A stretch of DNA of 64,000 bases, from positions 12,288 to 76,287 of the forward strand of contig CAZHYS010000002.1 in assembly GCA_964536975.1 (NCBI GenBank), in the 5' to 3' direction. The stretch is from an uncultured Gammaproteobacteria bacterium (GTDB lineage Bacteria > Patescibacteriota > Patescibacteriia > 2-01-FULL-39-33). Within the stretch, counting starts at the first letter, position 1. Each line of letters opens with the position of its first letter. A model generated the notes under the pieces. The model saw only the letters and a list, made by a program, of their open reading frames with translations. It was not told the origin of the DNA and ran no database searches. Of this stretch, positions 1-9,148 are shown piece by piece. The position numbers were made by a program, and so were the translations under genes.

Positions 1-568
1 GATATTTTTTTGTAGTATCAAGCAATAACTCCCGGCCGATCTCAGCCATTTTTTGATGCAAGGATTCGTTTGTTTCTTCTCCAGTCAAAGCGATTTGTTC
101 TTGGGCTAGAATCGGGCCGTGATCCATTCTTTCATCCATCAGCATAATGGTCACGCCAGAGACATCGTCACCAGCCAAAATTGCCGCCTGAACCGGCGAA
201 GCGCCGCGGTGGCGAGGCAAAAGGGAAGGATGGACGTTGATATTGCCGCGGGGAAAAATATCCAGAATCACCTGTGGAATAATCAATCCATACGCTACCA
301 CCACCATGATGTCAGCGCCGAGAGTTTTAAGTTCGTCGGCGAGCTCAAGGTTGTCTTTGAGTGTTTCCGGCTGGAAAATTTTAAACCCATGTTTTATCGC
401 CAGCTCCTTGATCGGCGGGGGAGTAAGAGTTTGTTTGCGGCCGGCCGGTTTGTCCGGCTGGGTGATAATGCCGACAATTTCAAAATCAGCGTCTGACGCC
501 AATTTTTCCAAAAAAGGCACGGCAAATTCCGGCGTGCCCGCAAAGACAATTTTTGTTTTATTATTCAT
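1..568 (-). CDS. fmt: Methionyl-tRNA formyltransferase, N-terminal ~189 aa; truncated by the window start
   Basis: My minus-strand translation from the ATG at 568 gives MNNKTKIVFAGTPEFAVPFLEKL...HPSLLPRHRGASPVQAAILAGD, a formyltransferase N-domain. It lies immediately downstream of def and overlaps it by 8 nt. It is absent from the ORF track because the stop codon lies outside the window. Confidence 0.8.
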   Translation of the reverse strand, partial: MNNKTKIVFAGTPEFAVPFLEKLASDADFEIVGIITQPDKPAGRKQTLTPPPIKELAIKHGFKIFQPETLKDNLELADELKTLGADIMVVVAYGLIIPQVILDIFPRGNINVHPSLLPRHRGASPVQAAILAGDDVSGVTIMLMDERMDHGPILAQEQIALTGEETNESLHQKMAEIGRELLLDTTKKY

Positions 569-1025
569 CAGTATCAAATTTTCTGATTTTTTTCGCTTTA
601 TCAATAAATAAAATTCCGTCCAGATGGTCAATTTCGTGCTGGGCGATGCGCGCCAACATCGCTTCAGCCTTGAGTATATGTTTTTTGCCGGCTTCATCAG
701 TGAATTCCACGGCTATTTTTTTATGGCGTTTGACTTCTCCGGCCAATCCGGGCAAGGACAAGCAGCCCTCTTCGCCCCATTCTTTGGCAAAAGATTTTTT
801 GATAATCCGGGGATTGATCATCGCGTAAGTTTCGCCTTCAAATTGAATCACGACAATGCGGATATTTTCACCGATCTGCGGCGCGGCCAACCCGACTCCA
901 TCGGCCACCAGCATAGTGTCAATCATTTGCGGAATAAGCCGTTGGATTTTTTCTACGCCAACATCAGTCACTGGTTGTGACTTTTGGCGCAAAATTGGGT
1001 TTGGATGGGTGATAATCTTCAACAT
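561..1025 (-). CDS. def: Peptide deformylase
   Basis: 154 aa with the GVGLAAPQIG, EGCLS and HEIDHLDG motifs. Confidence 0.9.
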   Translation of the reverse strand: MLKIITHPNPILRQKSQPVTDVGVEKIQRLIPQMIDTMLVADGVGLAAPQIGENIRIVVIQFEGETYAMINPRIIKKSFAKEWGEEGCLSLPGLAGEVKRHKKIAVEFTDEAGKKHILKAEAMLARIAQHEIDHLDGILFIDKAKKIRKFDTDE

Positions 1026-1072
1026 AATCGTCTATTATATTATGCCACACAATAATTGTCAAGGCAAAATAA

Positions 1073-1384
1073 TTGCCTGATTCAAGAAGAAATGTTAAAT
1101 TTTATTATATGGCAACAAATATCGGCCCCCAAAAAATAGAAGACCTTCTGATCGCCAAAATCAACAAGCGTCCTCCGGCTTATGAATGGCAGGATTTAGC
1201 TTTGCGAATAATCGGTGAACTGAATATTCCCGGGTTTAAGAAAGCCGCTGTTTTCAAGGTGTGCCGAGACAATCACAAGCAAATAATCCTCAAAGCGCTG
1301 AATGATACCAAGGAATTATGCGAATCAGGAGCTAGATGGCGTTACTTCTTCAAGATATTGGGTAAAAAAGATGATAAAAAATAG
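1073..1384 (+). CDS. Hypothetical small protein; the true start may be the internal Met at ~1109
   Basis: The ORF is divergent from def. I recognise no motif. Confidence 0.3.
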   Translation: MPDSRRNVKFYYMATNIGPQKIEDLLIAKINKRPPAYEWQDLALRIIGELNIPGFKKAAVFKVCRDNHKQIILKALNDTKELCESGARWRYFFKILGKKDDKK

Positions 1385-1388
1385 GGAC

Positions 1389-1417
1389 TTGACTTTTTTT
1401 CCTAAGTGTGCTAAAAT
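1389..1417 (+). promoter_or_regulatory. Sigma70-like promoter: TTGACT, 17-nt spacer, TAAAAT
   Basis: TTGACT lies at 1389-1394 and TAAAAT at 1412-1417. No protein gene follows on this strand. Confidence 0.5.
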
Positions 1418-1423
1418 TAATAT

Positions 1424-1744
1424 ACAAGGTAAATATCGTACCTTTCTATCCCATTGCGGTCGGCAGTCGGGATGCCGGCGCCAATCGCGGGCTTAATGGG
1501 CATAAGGAGTGGCTCGATTCCTCTTTCCCGTTTCTCCTTCCTTGGGGAGTTGAGCCACTCCAATTTAGTAGTTCCCCAAGGTGAGCCTCCTCTCGAACGG
1601 CCATTCGGGGGAGACTTCCTCGCTGAAGATGGCGGCTGTGTCTAGCAAGCTTCACAGCCGCCATCACATATGCCTTGTGCCGCTGGCAAAGCCAGCTCCC
1701 GAATGGGACGACGGAAACAGGCCCACGTCGTCCCTCTTTTTTTA
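1424..1744 (+). ncRNA. Candidate structured ncRNA of unknown class, ~320 nt and GC-rich
   Basis: The element is delimited by a strong promoter and two tandem intrinsic terminators. It contains a perfect 10-bp stem (1506-1515 pairing 1552-1561). No convincing ORF is present and it stands alone between def-side genes and a minus-strand gene. Confidence 0.4.
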
Positions 1745-1790
1745 CCAAAAAATCCTGTCCCGAGTCCTCGGGACAGGATTTTCTTCTATT
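1705..1790 (+). terminator. Two tandem rho-independent terminators
   Basis: The first is GGGACGACG...CGTCGTCCC followed by a T9 tract (1705-1744). The second is TCCTGTCCCGAG...TCGGGACAGGA followed by a T-rich tract (1751-1790). Confidence 0.55.
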
Positions 1791-1798
1791 TTAAAAAG

Positions 1799-2587
1799 CT
1801 ACAACTTAAATTGGCCAACCAGATAACCGACGCCAAACGGCGCTTCATAACTCAAGACTTCAAAATTGAAATTAATATTGTTTAATGCTCCGAGTAAAAT
1901 AAAAATCGATCTTAATCCGCATTCTGCCGCTCGTTCTGCTAAATCTTGATCAAAATTGACAACGCTTTGACTGTCGCCGTTTTTCAATAATTCAATCAGT
2001 TTCTCATCAAACTCTTTGCCCGCCGGATTAAAGGGTAGAGGAGCGTTCTCAGTCAAACAGTGAGAAAGATCGCCGGAAGCGATTATCGCCACCCGCTTAT
2101 CAGAGTTCATTATCGCTTCTTTGAGATTTTTGCCAAATTCAAAATGCGCCCGGCTATCCAAAAGCGAAAAGTAAATCGGAATTATCTTCACATCTTTGAG
2201 GTGTCGGGCGAGGTAAAACATCGGCACGCCGACTCCATGATCCAATTCTGATTCGGAAATGATATTGATGGGGGACTTGGCTTCAATTTTCTCTTTGTTG
2301 GAGGAAATTAGAACCGTATCGCCGTTAAGCTCCAATTGGGTGGAAAAATCTCCGAATGATTCAAAGTTTATCCGGTACTTATCGCAGATATTAATAGTGA
2401 AATAATCCGGATGGATTTCTCCATGCGGCGAAATAACTACCAAAATATCTGGCTTGGCAGCGTACAATTCGCGCTCCAGCCGCTCAAACGCCTCTTTGGT
2501 TTTGGCTATTTGTTTCAAATTATCCTTACCGATGGATGGTATTGCTATCGGCGGATGGGGCACGATCGCGGCAAATACGAGGGACAT
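1799..2587 (-). CDS. Class III extradiol dioxygenase / LigB-MEMO superfamily protein
   Basis: The N-terminus has AIVPHPP and ILVVISPHG motifs, similar to the LigB/DODA GHGSP...SAHW pattern. Confidence 0.55.
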   Translation of the reverse strand: MSLVFAAIVPHPPIAIPSIGKDNLKQIAKTKEAFERLERELYAAKPDILVVISPHGEIHPDYFTINICDKYRINFESFGDFSTQLELNGDTVLISSNKEKIEAKSPINIISESELDHGVGVPMFYLARHLKDVKIIPIYFSLLDSRAHFEFGKNLKEAIMNSDKRVAIIASGDLSHCLTENAPLPFNPAGKEFDEKLIELLKNGDSQSVVNFDQDLAERAAECGLRSIFILLGALNNINFNFEVLSYEAPFGVGYLVGQFKL

Positions 2588-2599
2588 AGAAGATTAGTT

Positions 2600-2745
2600 A
2601 AAAAGTTTATAAAGTCGAATTAATTTGAGCCAAGAGTCCAAAGTCAGCCATGTTTTGACTTTATAAACGGTTCGGCTTCGCTCACCACAAGCTTTACGAA
2701 CTTTATAGACTTTCGACTCCATGGATTTTAGACTATTTTTCTACC
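2600..2745. repeat. Copy of the main interspersed intergenic repeat (R1), MITE-like with inverted arms
   Basis: The core is GGTTCGGCTTCGCTCACCACAAGC at 2670-2694. The arms GAGTCCAAAGTC and GACTTTCGACTC are mutual reverse complements. Confidence 0.5.
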
Positions 2746-4087
2746 AATCCCCGGTGATGGTTTGGCCGAGGGGGTGAACATCCAGTGTTCCTTGGGAAAC
2801 AGTAATTACGTTGCTCCATTTGTAATTCATTTTCAAGAATATGTCGCCATTGAAAATAGGCAGACGCTTGCCTTCAGAGATGACATAAACCGTGTTAATT
2901 CCCTTGACTTTTATCAATTCGCCATCCGGCAGAGTGACCGGATTGCCGGAACGATATTTGTCCAGCTCCGCCGAATCAACTGCTTTTACCGTCAATCCCT
3001 GAAAATTAAAATTTTGGATTTCTTTATTTACTACCAAATGGCGACGATTGCTATTGACATAATATATCTCCTTTGTTTTTTTGTCTTGTAATAACGCGCC
3101 GGCTGGATAGATTGTATATTTAGTGATATTTGGCCCGTTTTCATATTGCGACAGCTCGTCATCAGAGACGGAAATTACTTCATCCTCCATAAAGCCAAGT
3201 GATTTAAAAACTTCCGCGCTTTCAATTCTTCTCTTGGTGTCGTCAATAATCATAAAGATATCGCCGACCGGATTTTTTAGCAAAGAATAATTAAGATATT
3301 TTATCGGTACTCCGTCATCATAAGAATTCAAATCTTCTTGGGATACCTCTACTACTTTGTCTTCATCAAATCGCGAAGCAAAAACCGCTTGAGAAGCAAT
3401 CTCCCGTTTTTTACCATTTTCAATCAGATAAGTTTTGGAATCGTTGGCCAAGCGAAGCAGCGATCCATCCGGCCATTTTTTGCCGAAATATTTATTCCAG
3501 AGATTCCAAAACAGCTGATTACCGTGGATATGGGGAGTGTAATTATACAAACCCGCGGTCGCGGTGCTTTTGGGGGTTACTTTTACTCCGTCGATATTGT
3601 AGGTTTTTCCCGGTTGGTAGTTGAATTCCGTGATGTTGTCCATATAATAACGAGTCTGCGCCGCCGCGGAATTGACCTGTTTATAAAAACCTTGCCAGCG
3701 AGAATCGCATCCGCCGCCATCCGGACAACCATAGCCGGTCGCCCAGTCGTATTGGCTTTGTTTGGGTGACGAATCGGTCAATAGGCTCATTTCTTTCTGG
3801 ACCAAAACCATCAGATACTTGGGATTTATCAGCCAGCGTTGAGCCACCTCAAAAAAAGTCTGGGTAGCAGTCTTGAAATTTCCTTCTTTGTCAATAGTGA
3901 TATAACTTTTGAGCGTGCCTTCGCGTTTGGCCAAAAAACGATCAATGTCATCCAAAGTCATGCTGCGGTAGTTGTTCATTTCATTGTCGGAAATGAGATA
4001 ATCGGGATCAAATTCGGCGGCCAGCGATTGGCCGGCAAAAATAAAAAATAAAGCAACGGAAATAAGAAGGGGATAGCGTAATTTCAT
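2741..4087 (-). CDS. Secreted protein with four tandem ~45-aa repeats
   Basis: A signal peptide MKLRYPLLISVALFFIFAGQSLA is present. The repeats follow the pattern Y-x-I-x-x-G-K-R-R-x-I..V-S-x-x-x-L-x-x-Y. Confidence 0.55.
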   Translation of the reverse strand: MKLRYPLLISVALFFIFAGQSLAAEFDPDYLISDNEMNNYRSMTLDDIDRFLAKREGTLKSYITIDKEGNFKTATQTFFEVAQRWLINPKYLMVLVQKEMSLLTDSSPKQSQYDWATGYGCPDGGGCDSRWQGFYKQVNSAAAQTRYYMDNITEFNYQPGKTYNIDGVKVTPKSTATAGLYNYTPHIHGNQLFWNLWNKYFGKKWPDGSLLRLANDSKTYLIENGKKREIASQAVFASRFDEDKVVEVSQEDLNSYDDGVPIKYLNYSLLKNPVGDIFMIIDDTKRRIESAEVFKSLGFMEDEVISVSDDELSQYENGPNITKYTIYPAGALLQDKKTKEIYYVNSNRRHLVVNKEIQNFNFQGLTVKAVDSAELDKYRSGNPVTLPDGELIKVKGINTVYVISEGKRLPIFNGDIFLKMNYKWSNVITVSQGTLDVHPLGQTITGDW

Positions 4088-4164
4088 GATATGAATAATA
4101 ATTATTTTTAAAATCTTCTTCTGTTAATTAATTATAGCATACGACGCAAGAAATGGCATCATCA

Positions 4165-5043
4165 TCAGATATTTCCCAAAACTATATTCTTTAGCCCCAT
4201 TTTTTGTCCGATTTGCCGCGCCTTTATTAGAGTCGTTTTGGGTGTCGGCGCTTGATCGGCAAATTTGTAGGTCGGATAAAAAGCGTTTAGATGCCAGGGC
4301 GTGTCCGGACTTAATTTTTCCAAAATAAATGCGGCAATTTGTTCCAATTCTTCTGTTGAATCATTGACTCCCGGCACTATTAAAGTGGTGATTTCCAAAT
4401 GAACGCCAAATCGCCTAATGGCAATCAAATTTTCCAAAATTGGCCCTAATTTCGCGCCGGCGATTTCAAGATAACTCTTCGGCCGGAAAAATTTCAAATC
4501 AATATTGGCGGCATCCAAAAACGGCAAAATGTCATTTAGCAACTCATTTGACATATAGCCATTTGACACCCAAATATTTTTTAGCCCCTTTTGCCGCGCC
4601 AGGGTCATTATGTCCAAAGCAAATTCGGCAAAAATAGTCGGTTCGGAATAAGTGTAAGAAATTGACGGACAACCGGCGGCAATCGCAGCCGATACGATTT
4701 CCGCTGGCTCTGTTTCCGGCAACTTTTCAAATTCCAAAAAATTTTTTCCGTCAAGTTGGGAAATTTGGGCGTTCTGGCAATAAAGGCAGCGCAAATTGCA
4801 ACCAAAACAGGCGATGGAATAAGTAAAGGTGCCGGGCAGAAAATAATTAAGCGGCTTCTTTTCAATCGGATCATTTTGTCTAGCGACAATTTTACCGTAA
4901 TTAAGTGAATACAAAATTCCGTCAATATTTCTTCTGACGCCACAAAGGCCGGTTCGATCCACATCAATGATGCAAAAGTGCCGGCATAGTTTGCAATGGA
5001 TTTGCCGATTAGATGTTTTGTTGTAATATCTAGCTCGTCTCAT
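4165..5043 (-). CDS. amrS: AmmeMemoRadiSam-system radical SAM enzyme (AmrS-like)
   Basis: The N-terminal zinc-ribbon-like segment CKLCRHFC...GLCGVR is followed by the radical SAM motif CNLRCLYCQN (CX3CX2C). Confidence 0.7.
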   Translation of the reverse strand: MRRARYYNKTSNRQIHCKLCRHFCIIDVDRTGLCGVRRNIDGILYSLNYGKIVARQNDPIEKKPLNYFLPGTFTYSIACFGCNLRCLYCQNAQISQLDGKNFLEFEKLPETEPAEIVSAAIAAGCPSISYTYSEPTIFAEFALDIMTLARQKGLKNIWVSNGYMSNELLNDILPFLDAANIDLKFFRPKSYLEIAGAKLGPILENLIAIRRFGVHLEITTLIVPGVNDSTEELEQIAAFILEKLSPDTPWHLNAFYPTYKFADQAPTPKTTLIKARQIGQKMGLKNIVLGNI

Positions 5044-5602
5044 ACATCTTTATCATAATTAAAAAGATAAAAAAAATACAGCCAAAATGACGGCTGAAAA
5101 AAAGCGCGGCCAGACGACGTGCATTCGTCTGACCGCTTGGGATTTCCGGATGAGCCAGTGGCTCGCCCGGGTGGTCGCGAAAATAAGTTGGAGGCGACGG
5201 ATTGGGGGATTGGAGGGCTCCGTCGCCTCCCGGTGCGGAAATCCAGCCTTCCACCGTGGGGGGCCGGAGAAGGCTGCTTGAAAGAACAATTTAGGGCGTC
5301 CTCGCCGCGCCGGTAGTCGCGGCGAGGACTATTCGCGCTTTCGGGACAAGAAAGTGCGAGGGGTAGCTTTTTGGCCGGCAGATCAGGAGAGAGAGAATAA
5401 TGTTTATGATACGAGACCATAATAGAGATAAACTCTCTCCCTGTGCTGCCGGGCAGCCAAGAGATTCTCCTCTTAGCAAGGAGAACCGTCCGTTAGATAT
5501 TATATATCATAAGTCTAAATTTGTCAAGCCCCTAATAAATTATTTCCCAAATAAGCTATTTTTGCTAAAATATAAGGCATGGAACAATAAAGCTAAAGGA
5601 AC

Positions 5603-6295
5603 ATGCGCATAGAAGAGAATTATTCCAAAATAGACTACCCTCAGCTATACCGGGGCGATAGGAATCGCCGCCGGCCGGCCAAAACCATTAGATTCTTCTT
5701 GTCGTTGCTGTTTGCCGCGGCCATTATTTTGGCATTAGCCATTTTGACAGTAAAGCTGGCGGTCGGGCCGATTATGAAACAGGTTGAATCTTTACCCGGT
5801 GATTTCCCGTCGGGATTGGATTTCTACGAATTAAGCCAAGCGCAAATAAAAATCCAAAACCCAGCCAGCCGAAAAAAAATTATTTCTTTGGTAGGAAAAT
5901 TTCCCGATTGGCTGATTGAACCAATAATCAAAAAGATTTCCCCTGATTTGCGACAAGAATTGGAAAAAACATTTGGTGGCTCGTCTTCCGGCATTGACCC
6001 GGGACAGCTTAGCGCCGAAGAATTTAAAAATATTCTCAACCGATCGGAATTGGAAAAAATAAAAAACCTTTCCTTGTCCTGGGTCGGACTAGAAAAAACC
6101 AAGGAAGATTTGGCCGACTATTATAAACAGCAGCTGCAAATCAACGGTTTTGAATTCAAAGAAAATATTGACGATTATGAGATCAGCCTCGGTTTTTGGA
6201 AGGAAGGGGTTTTTGGTGAAATTGATTTAAGCGCTAGTGGTAACAACCCGTCGCAGAGCGATGTAGATGTAAATATAAATTATTCTGACAAATAA
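5603..6295 (+). CDS. Hypothetical membrane-anchored protein
   Basis: An N-terminal transmembrane helix FFLSLLFAAAIILALAIL is followed by a soluble domain. Confidence 0.45.
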   Translation: MRIEENYSKIDYPQLYRGDRNRRRPAKTIRFFLSLLFAAAIILALAILTVKLAVGPIMKQVESLPGDFPSGLDFYELSQAQIKIQNPASRKKIISLVGKFPDWLIEPIIKKISPDLRQELEKTFGGSSSGIDPGQLSAEEFKNILNRSELEKIKNLSLSWVGLEKTKEDLADYYKQQLQINGFEFKENIDDYEISLGFWKEGVFGEIDLSASGNNPSQSDVDVNINYSDK

Positions 6296-6297
6296 TT

Positions 6298-7065
6298 ATG
6301 AAAGTGGAAATTCTCGGAGTGCGGCTTGATAATATAAATTTTGACGCCGTAATGAAAAAAATAGATGATTTTATCAATGGACCGACGCAAAATTTGATCG
6401 TCACCGTCAATCCGGAATTTATTGTTGCCGCCAATAAAAATTTTAATTTCAAAAGTACTCTAAACAGCGCCAGCCTGGCTGTTTGCGACGGTTTCGGCCT
6501 AGCTGTCGCGTCTAAATTATTGAAGCGGGGAAAATTATCGCGCATAACCGGCGTTGATTTGACAAAAAAGCTATTGACTCTGCCCAAAATAGGGAAAGGG
6601 CATCCCAAGATATACTTGCTTGGCGGTCAGAGCGGTTCGGCCGAGGCGGTGGCGCAAAAATATCCTGCTAATATCGTTGGCGCTGATTCGCAAGTCAGAT
6701 TGGCGGCTGATGGTCGGCTGGAAAATCAAGATCAAATTATTGCCAAAATAAATGACAGTGGCGCCAATGTTCTTTTGGTCGCTTTCGGACAAGTCAAACA
6801 AGAATTGTGGATCAGAGAAAGTCTTTCCCAGCTGCCGGCAGTTAAGGCGGCTATTGGCGTCGGCGGGACATTTGATTATTTGTCCGGTCAGGTGAGGCGC
6901 GCGCCAAAAACAATGCGCCGAATGGGATTGGAGTGGCTGTTTCGTTTGACAACCAACCCGAAGCGCGCCGGCCGGATATTTAACGCGCTAATCGTGTTTG
7001 GCTGGTTAGTGGCAGGGGAGTTAATATGGAAAAATTACAAATTCAAAATTACAAATAACAAATAA
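6298..7065 (+). CDS. WecB/TagA/CpsF family glycosyltransferase
   Basis: The EWLFRLTTNPKR motif and the typical ~250 aa size. Confidence 0.75.
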   Translation: MKVEILGVRLDNINFDAVMKKIDDFINGPTQNLIVTVNPEFIVAANKNFNFKSTLNSASLAVCDGFGLAVASKLLKRGKLSRITGVDLTKKLLTLPKIGKGHPKIYLLGGQSGSAEAVAQKYPANIVGADSQVRLAADGRLENQDQIIAKINDSGANVLLVAFGQVKQELWIRESLSQLPAVKAAIGVGGTFDYLSGQVRRAPKTMRRMGLEWLFRLTTNPKRAGRIFNALIVFGWLVAGELIWKNYKFKITNNK

Positions 7066-7109
7066 ATTTCAATTTGATTTTTTCACCTCAATAAACTAAA
7101 ATCATTCAT

Positions 7110-8609
7110 ATGCTTTCATTTGCCAAAAGAAAAATTCGCACCCGCTTCGCCCCCAGTCCGACCGGCTATCTCCATGTCGGCGGTTTGCGCACAGCGCTCT
7201 ATGCTTATCTTTTCGCCAAACAGAATCAAGGCAGATTTATTCTGCGAATAGAAGACACTGATCAGGCCAGAGAAGTTAAGGGGGCAGTAAAGAATTTATT
7301 AGACTCGCTAAAATGGGCTGGTTTGGAGCCGGATGAGGGAATTATCGCTAAATGGGGAAAAACCGCTGAAAAGGGCCGTTTTGGGCCTTACACGCAGTCC
7401 AAAAGGGTCAAAATATACCAAAAATATGCTCAAAAGCTGGTTGACAGCGGTCAAGCCTACTATTGCTTTTGTTCGCCCCAACGATTGGAATCATTAAGGC
7501 ATCAGCAAGAACAAGAAAAAAAACCGACTCGCTATGATTGGCATTGCCGCCATCTGACCGAAGAAGAAGTCAAAAAAAAGCTCAAAGCCAAAGAGCCGCA
7601 TGTCATTCGGATGAAGGTGCCGGAAAATCAAGAATTGGAATTTACTGATTGGGTGAGGGGGAAGGTGGTTTTTAATACCAATGATATTGACGACCAAGTG
7701 ATCATTAAGTCCGATGGTTTCCCGACTTATCATTTGGCCAGTGTTGTTGACGATCACCTGATGCAAATTACTCACGTCATCCGAGGCGAAGAATGGCTGT
7801 CGTCAACACCCAAACACATTCTTCTGTATATGTCTTTTGTTTGGCCGGTGCCGGAATTCATCCATTTACCGCTTCTGCTCAATCCTGATAAGTCAAAATT
7901 ATCCAAACGTCAGGGCGACGTGTCAGTGGAGGACTACCGCCAAAAAGGATACCTGCCGGAAGCGTTGGTCAATTTTGTCGCTTTGCTTGGCTGGAATCCG
8001 GGAACAGAGCAGGAGATTTTTTCTCTGGATGAGCTAATTAAAAAATTTAATTTGCAAAAAATAAACAAAAGCGGAGCGGTATTTGATGTTAAAAAGCTAG
8101 ACTGGATGAACAGTGAATACATCAAAAAACTGCCCGCAACCAAGTTCGCGGCTTTAGCTGGTCCGTTTCTGGCGGAAAAATTTCCGGAATTTGACTTTTC
8201 CGCTGATCCGAAAGCGGTCGCAAAAATTTTGGCGCTGGAACAAGATCGGATTATGCGATTAGACCAAATAGGCGATAACGCGAGCTTCTTTTTCACTGAC
8301 AAATTATCTTTCAAGTCGGAACTATTGGTATGGAAAAAATCAACCGCCATGGCGACAAAAGAAAATCTGGCATTATTGATTGAGGAATTAAAGAAGTTTT
8401 CGGCCGGCGAGTGGACAGCGGAAAAACTGGAAAATCTGGTCAAAAATATAATTGCCCAAAACAGCCTCGGCAACGGTGATGTCTTGTGGCCGATGCGGGT
8501 AGCGCTTACCGGCGAGGAAAAATCTCCGCCGCCTTTTATTGTCGCGGAAATACTTGGTCAAGAAAAAAGCCTGCAAAGATTGTCCGCGGCAATGGAGCTT
8601 TTAAAATAA
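7110..8609 (+). CDS. gltX: Glutamyl-tRNA synthetase
   Basis: RFAPSPTGYLHVGGLRTAL (a HIGH-region variant) and KLSKRQG (KMSKS). Confidence 0.9.
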   Translation: MLSFAKRKIRTRFAPSPTGYLHVGGLRTALYAYLFAKQNQGRFILRIEDTDQAREVKGAVKNLLDSLKWAGLEPDEGIIAKWGKTAEKGRFGPYTQSKRVKIYQKYAQKLVDSGQAYYCFCSPQRLESLRHQQEQEKKPTRYDWHCRHLTEEEVKKKLKAKEPHVIRMKVPENQELEFTDWVRGKVVFNTNDIDDQVIIKSDGFPTYHLASVVDDHLMQITHVIRGEEWLSSTPKHILLYMSFVWPVPEFIHLPLLLNPDKSKLSKRQGDVSVEDYRQKGYLPEALVNFVALLGWNPGTEQEIFSLDELIKKFNLQKINKSGAVFDVKKLDWMNSEYIKKLPATKFAALAGPFLAEKFPEFDFSADPKAVAKILALEQDRIMRLDQIGDNASFFFTDKLSFKSELLVWKKSTAMATKENLALLIEELKKFSAGEWTAEKLENLVKNIIAQNSLGNGDVLWPMRVALTGEEKSPPPFIVAEILGQEKSLQRLSAAMELLK

Positions 8610-8633
8610 ATCCGATCGTCAATATAAAAAAAG

Positions 8634-8676
8634 AAAACAGGACTTGGCCGAACGCCTTGTCCTGTTGTGTTTTTAG
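8634..8676 (+). terminator. Rho-independent terminator after gltX
   Basis: ACAGGAC...GTCCTGT followed by a T tract. Confidence 0.55.
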
Positions 8677-9076
8677 ATCCCGCCTCGGTCCTGGTTAGTT
8701 ATGGTTGTGTGCCGCCAACTCCCTTTCTTGAAGGTGACTTTGGAGCGGAATAGGAGTGGGAGGAGACACGTTGACCGAGGCGGGAAAGCAAAACTCCCGT
8801 TTTTCCCATCAGAAAGAAGTGAGCCATGGCCGCGGAGAGGTTTCTACTAGTACAGCCATCGCCCAAAAGGCAAGCGATCGCAGAACGCGCAGACAAGGAT
8901 GGGAAAGGGAGTAGTAAAGAACAGTTTATTGTTTGTAATGATAACACAATGCGTGGAAAAAGCAAATACTTTAACTTCTAATCGCGTATCTGCTTGTTGA
9001 TTACAGCTTTACAGATGGTTCGACTCCGCTCACCACAAGCTTTACAAACTTTATAGATTTTCGACTCCATGGGCTT

Positions 9077-9106
9077 TTGACTTTTTAGACTTATTTATGA
9101 TATAAT
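9077..9106 (+). promoter_or_regulatory. Putative promoter inside an R1 repeat: TTGACT, 18-nt spacer, TATAAT
   Basis: It lies about 45 nt upstream of the M23 peptidase gene. Confidence 0.4.
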
Positions 9107-9148
9107 TATTGCATAAAAATCACAATTTAATTTTCCATACTCAATCTC

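Noticed and set aside
119-611. Plus-strand ORFs 119-496 and 237-611
   Set aside because: They are antisense to the well-supported fmt reading frame on the minus strand and have no recognisable motifs.
5250-5281. Frame ending ...GGPEKAA* considered as a tmRNA tag
   Set aside because: There is no tRNA-like domain (T-arm / CCA-proximal acceptor) and no resume-codon context. Also checked 1424-1745 and 8680-8935 for tmRNA features without success.
8699-8965. 88-aa minus ORF and 1446-1748 100-aa minus ORF
   Set aside because: They lie within GC-rich structured non-coding segments. The composition is biased, there is no RBS, and they are better explained as RNA or hairpin DNA.
9018-9042. R1 core GGTTCGACTCC...CACCA resembles a tRNA T-arm plus CCA end
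   Set aside because: No complete acceptor, D or anticodon arms can be drawn. The variant copies (GGTTCGGCTTCGCTC) break the T-loop consensus, and there are ~10 copies in intergenic DNA.
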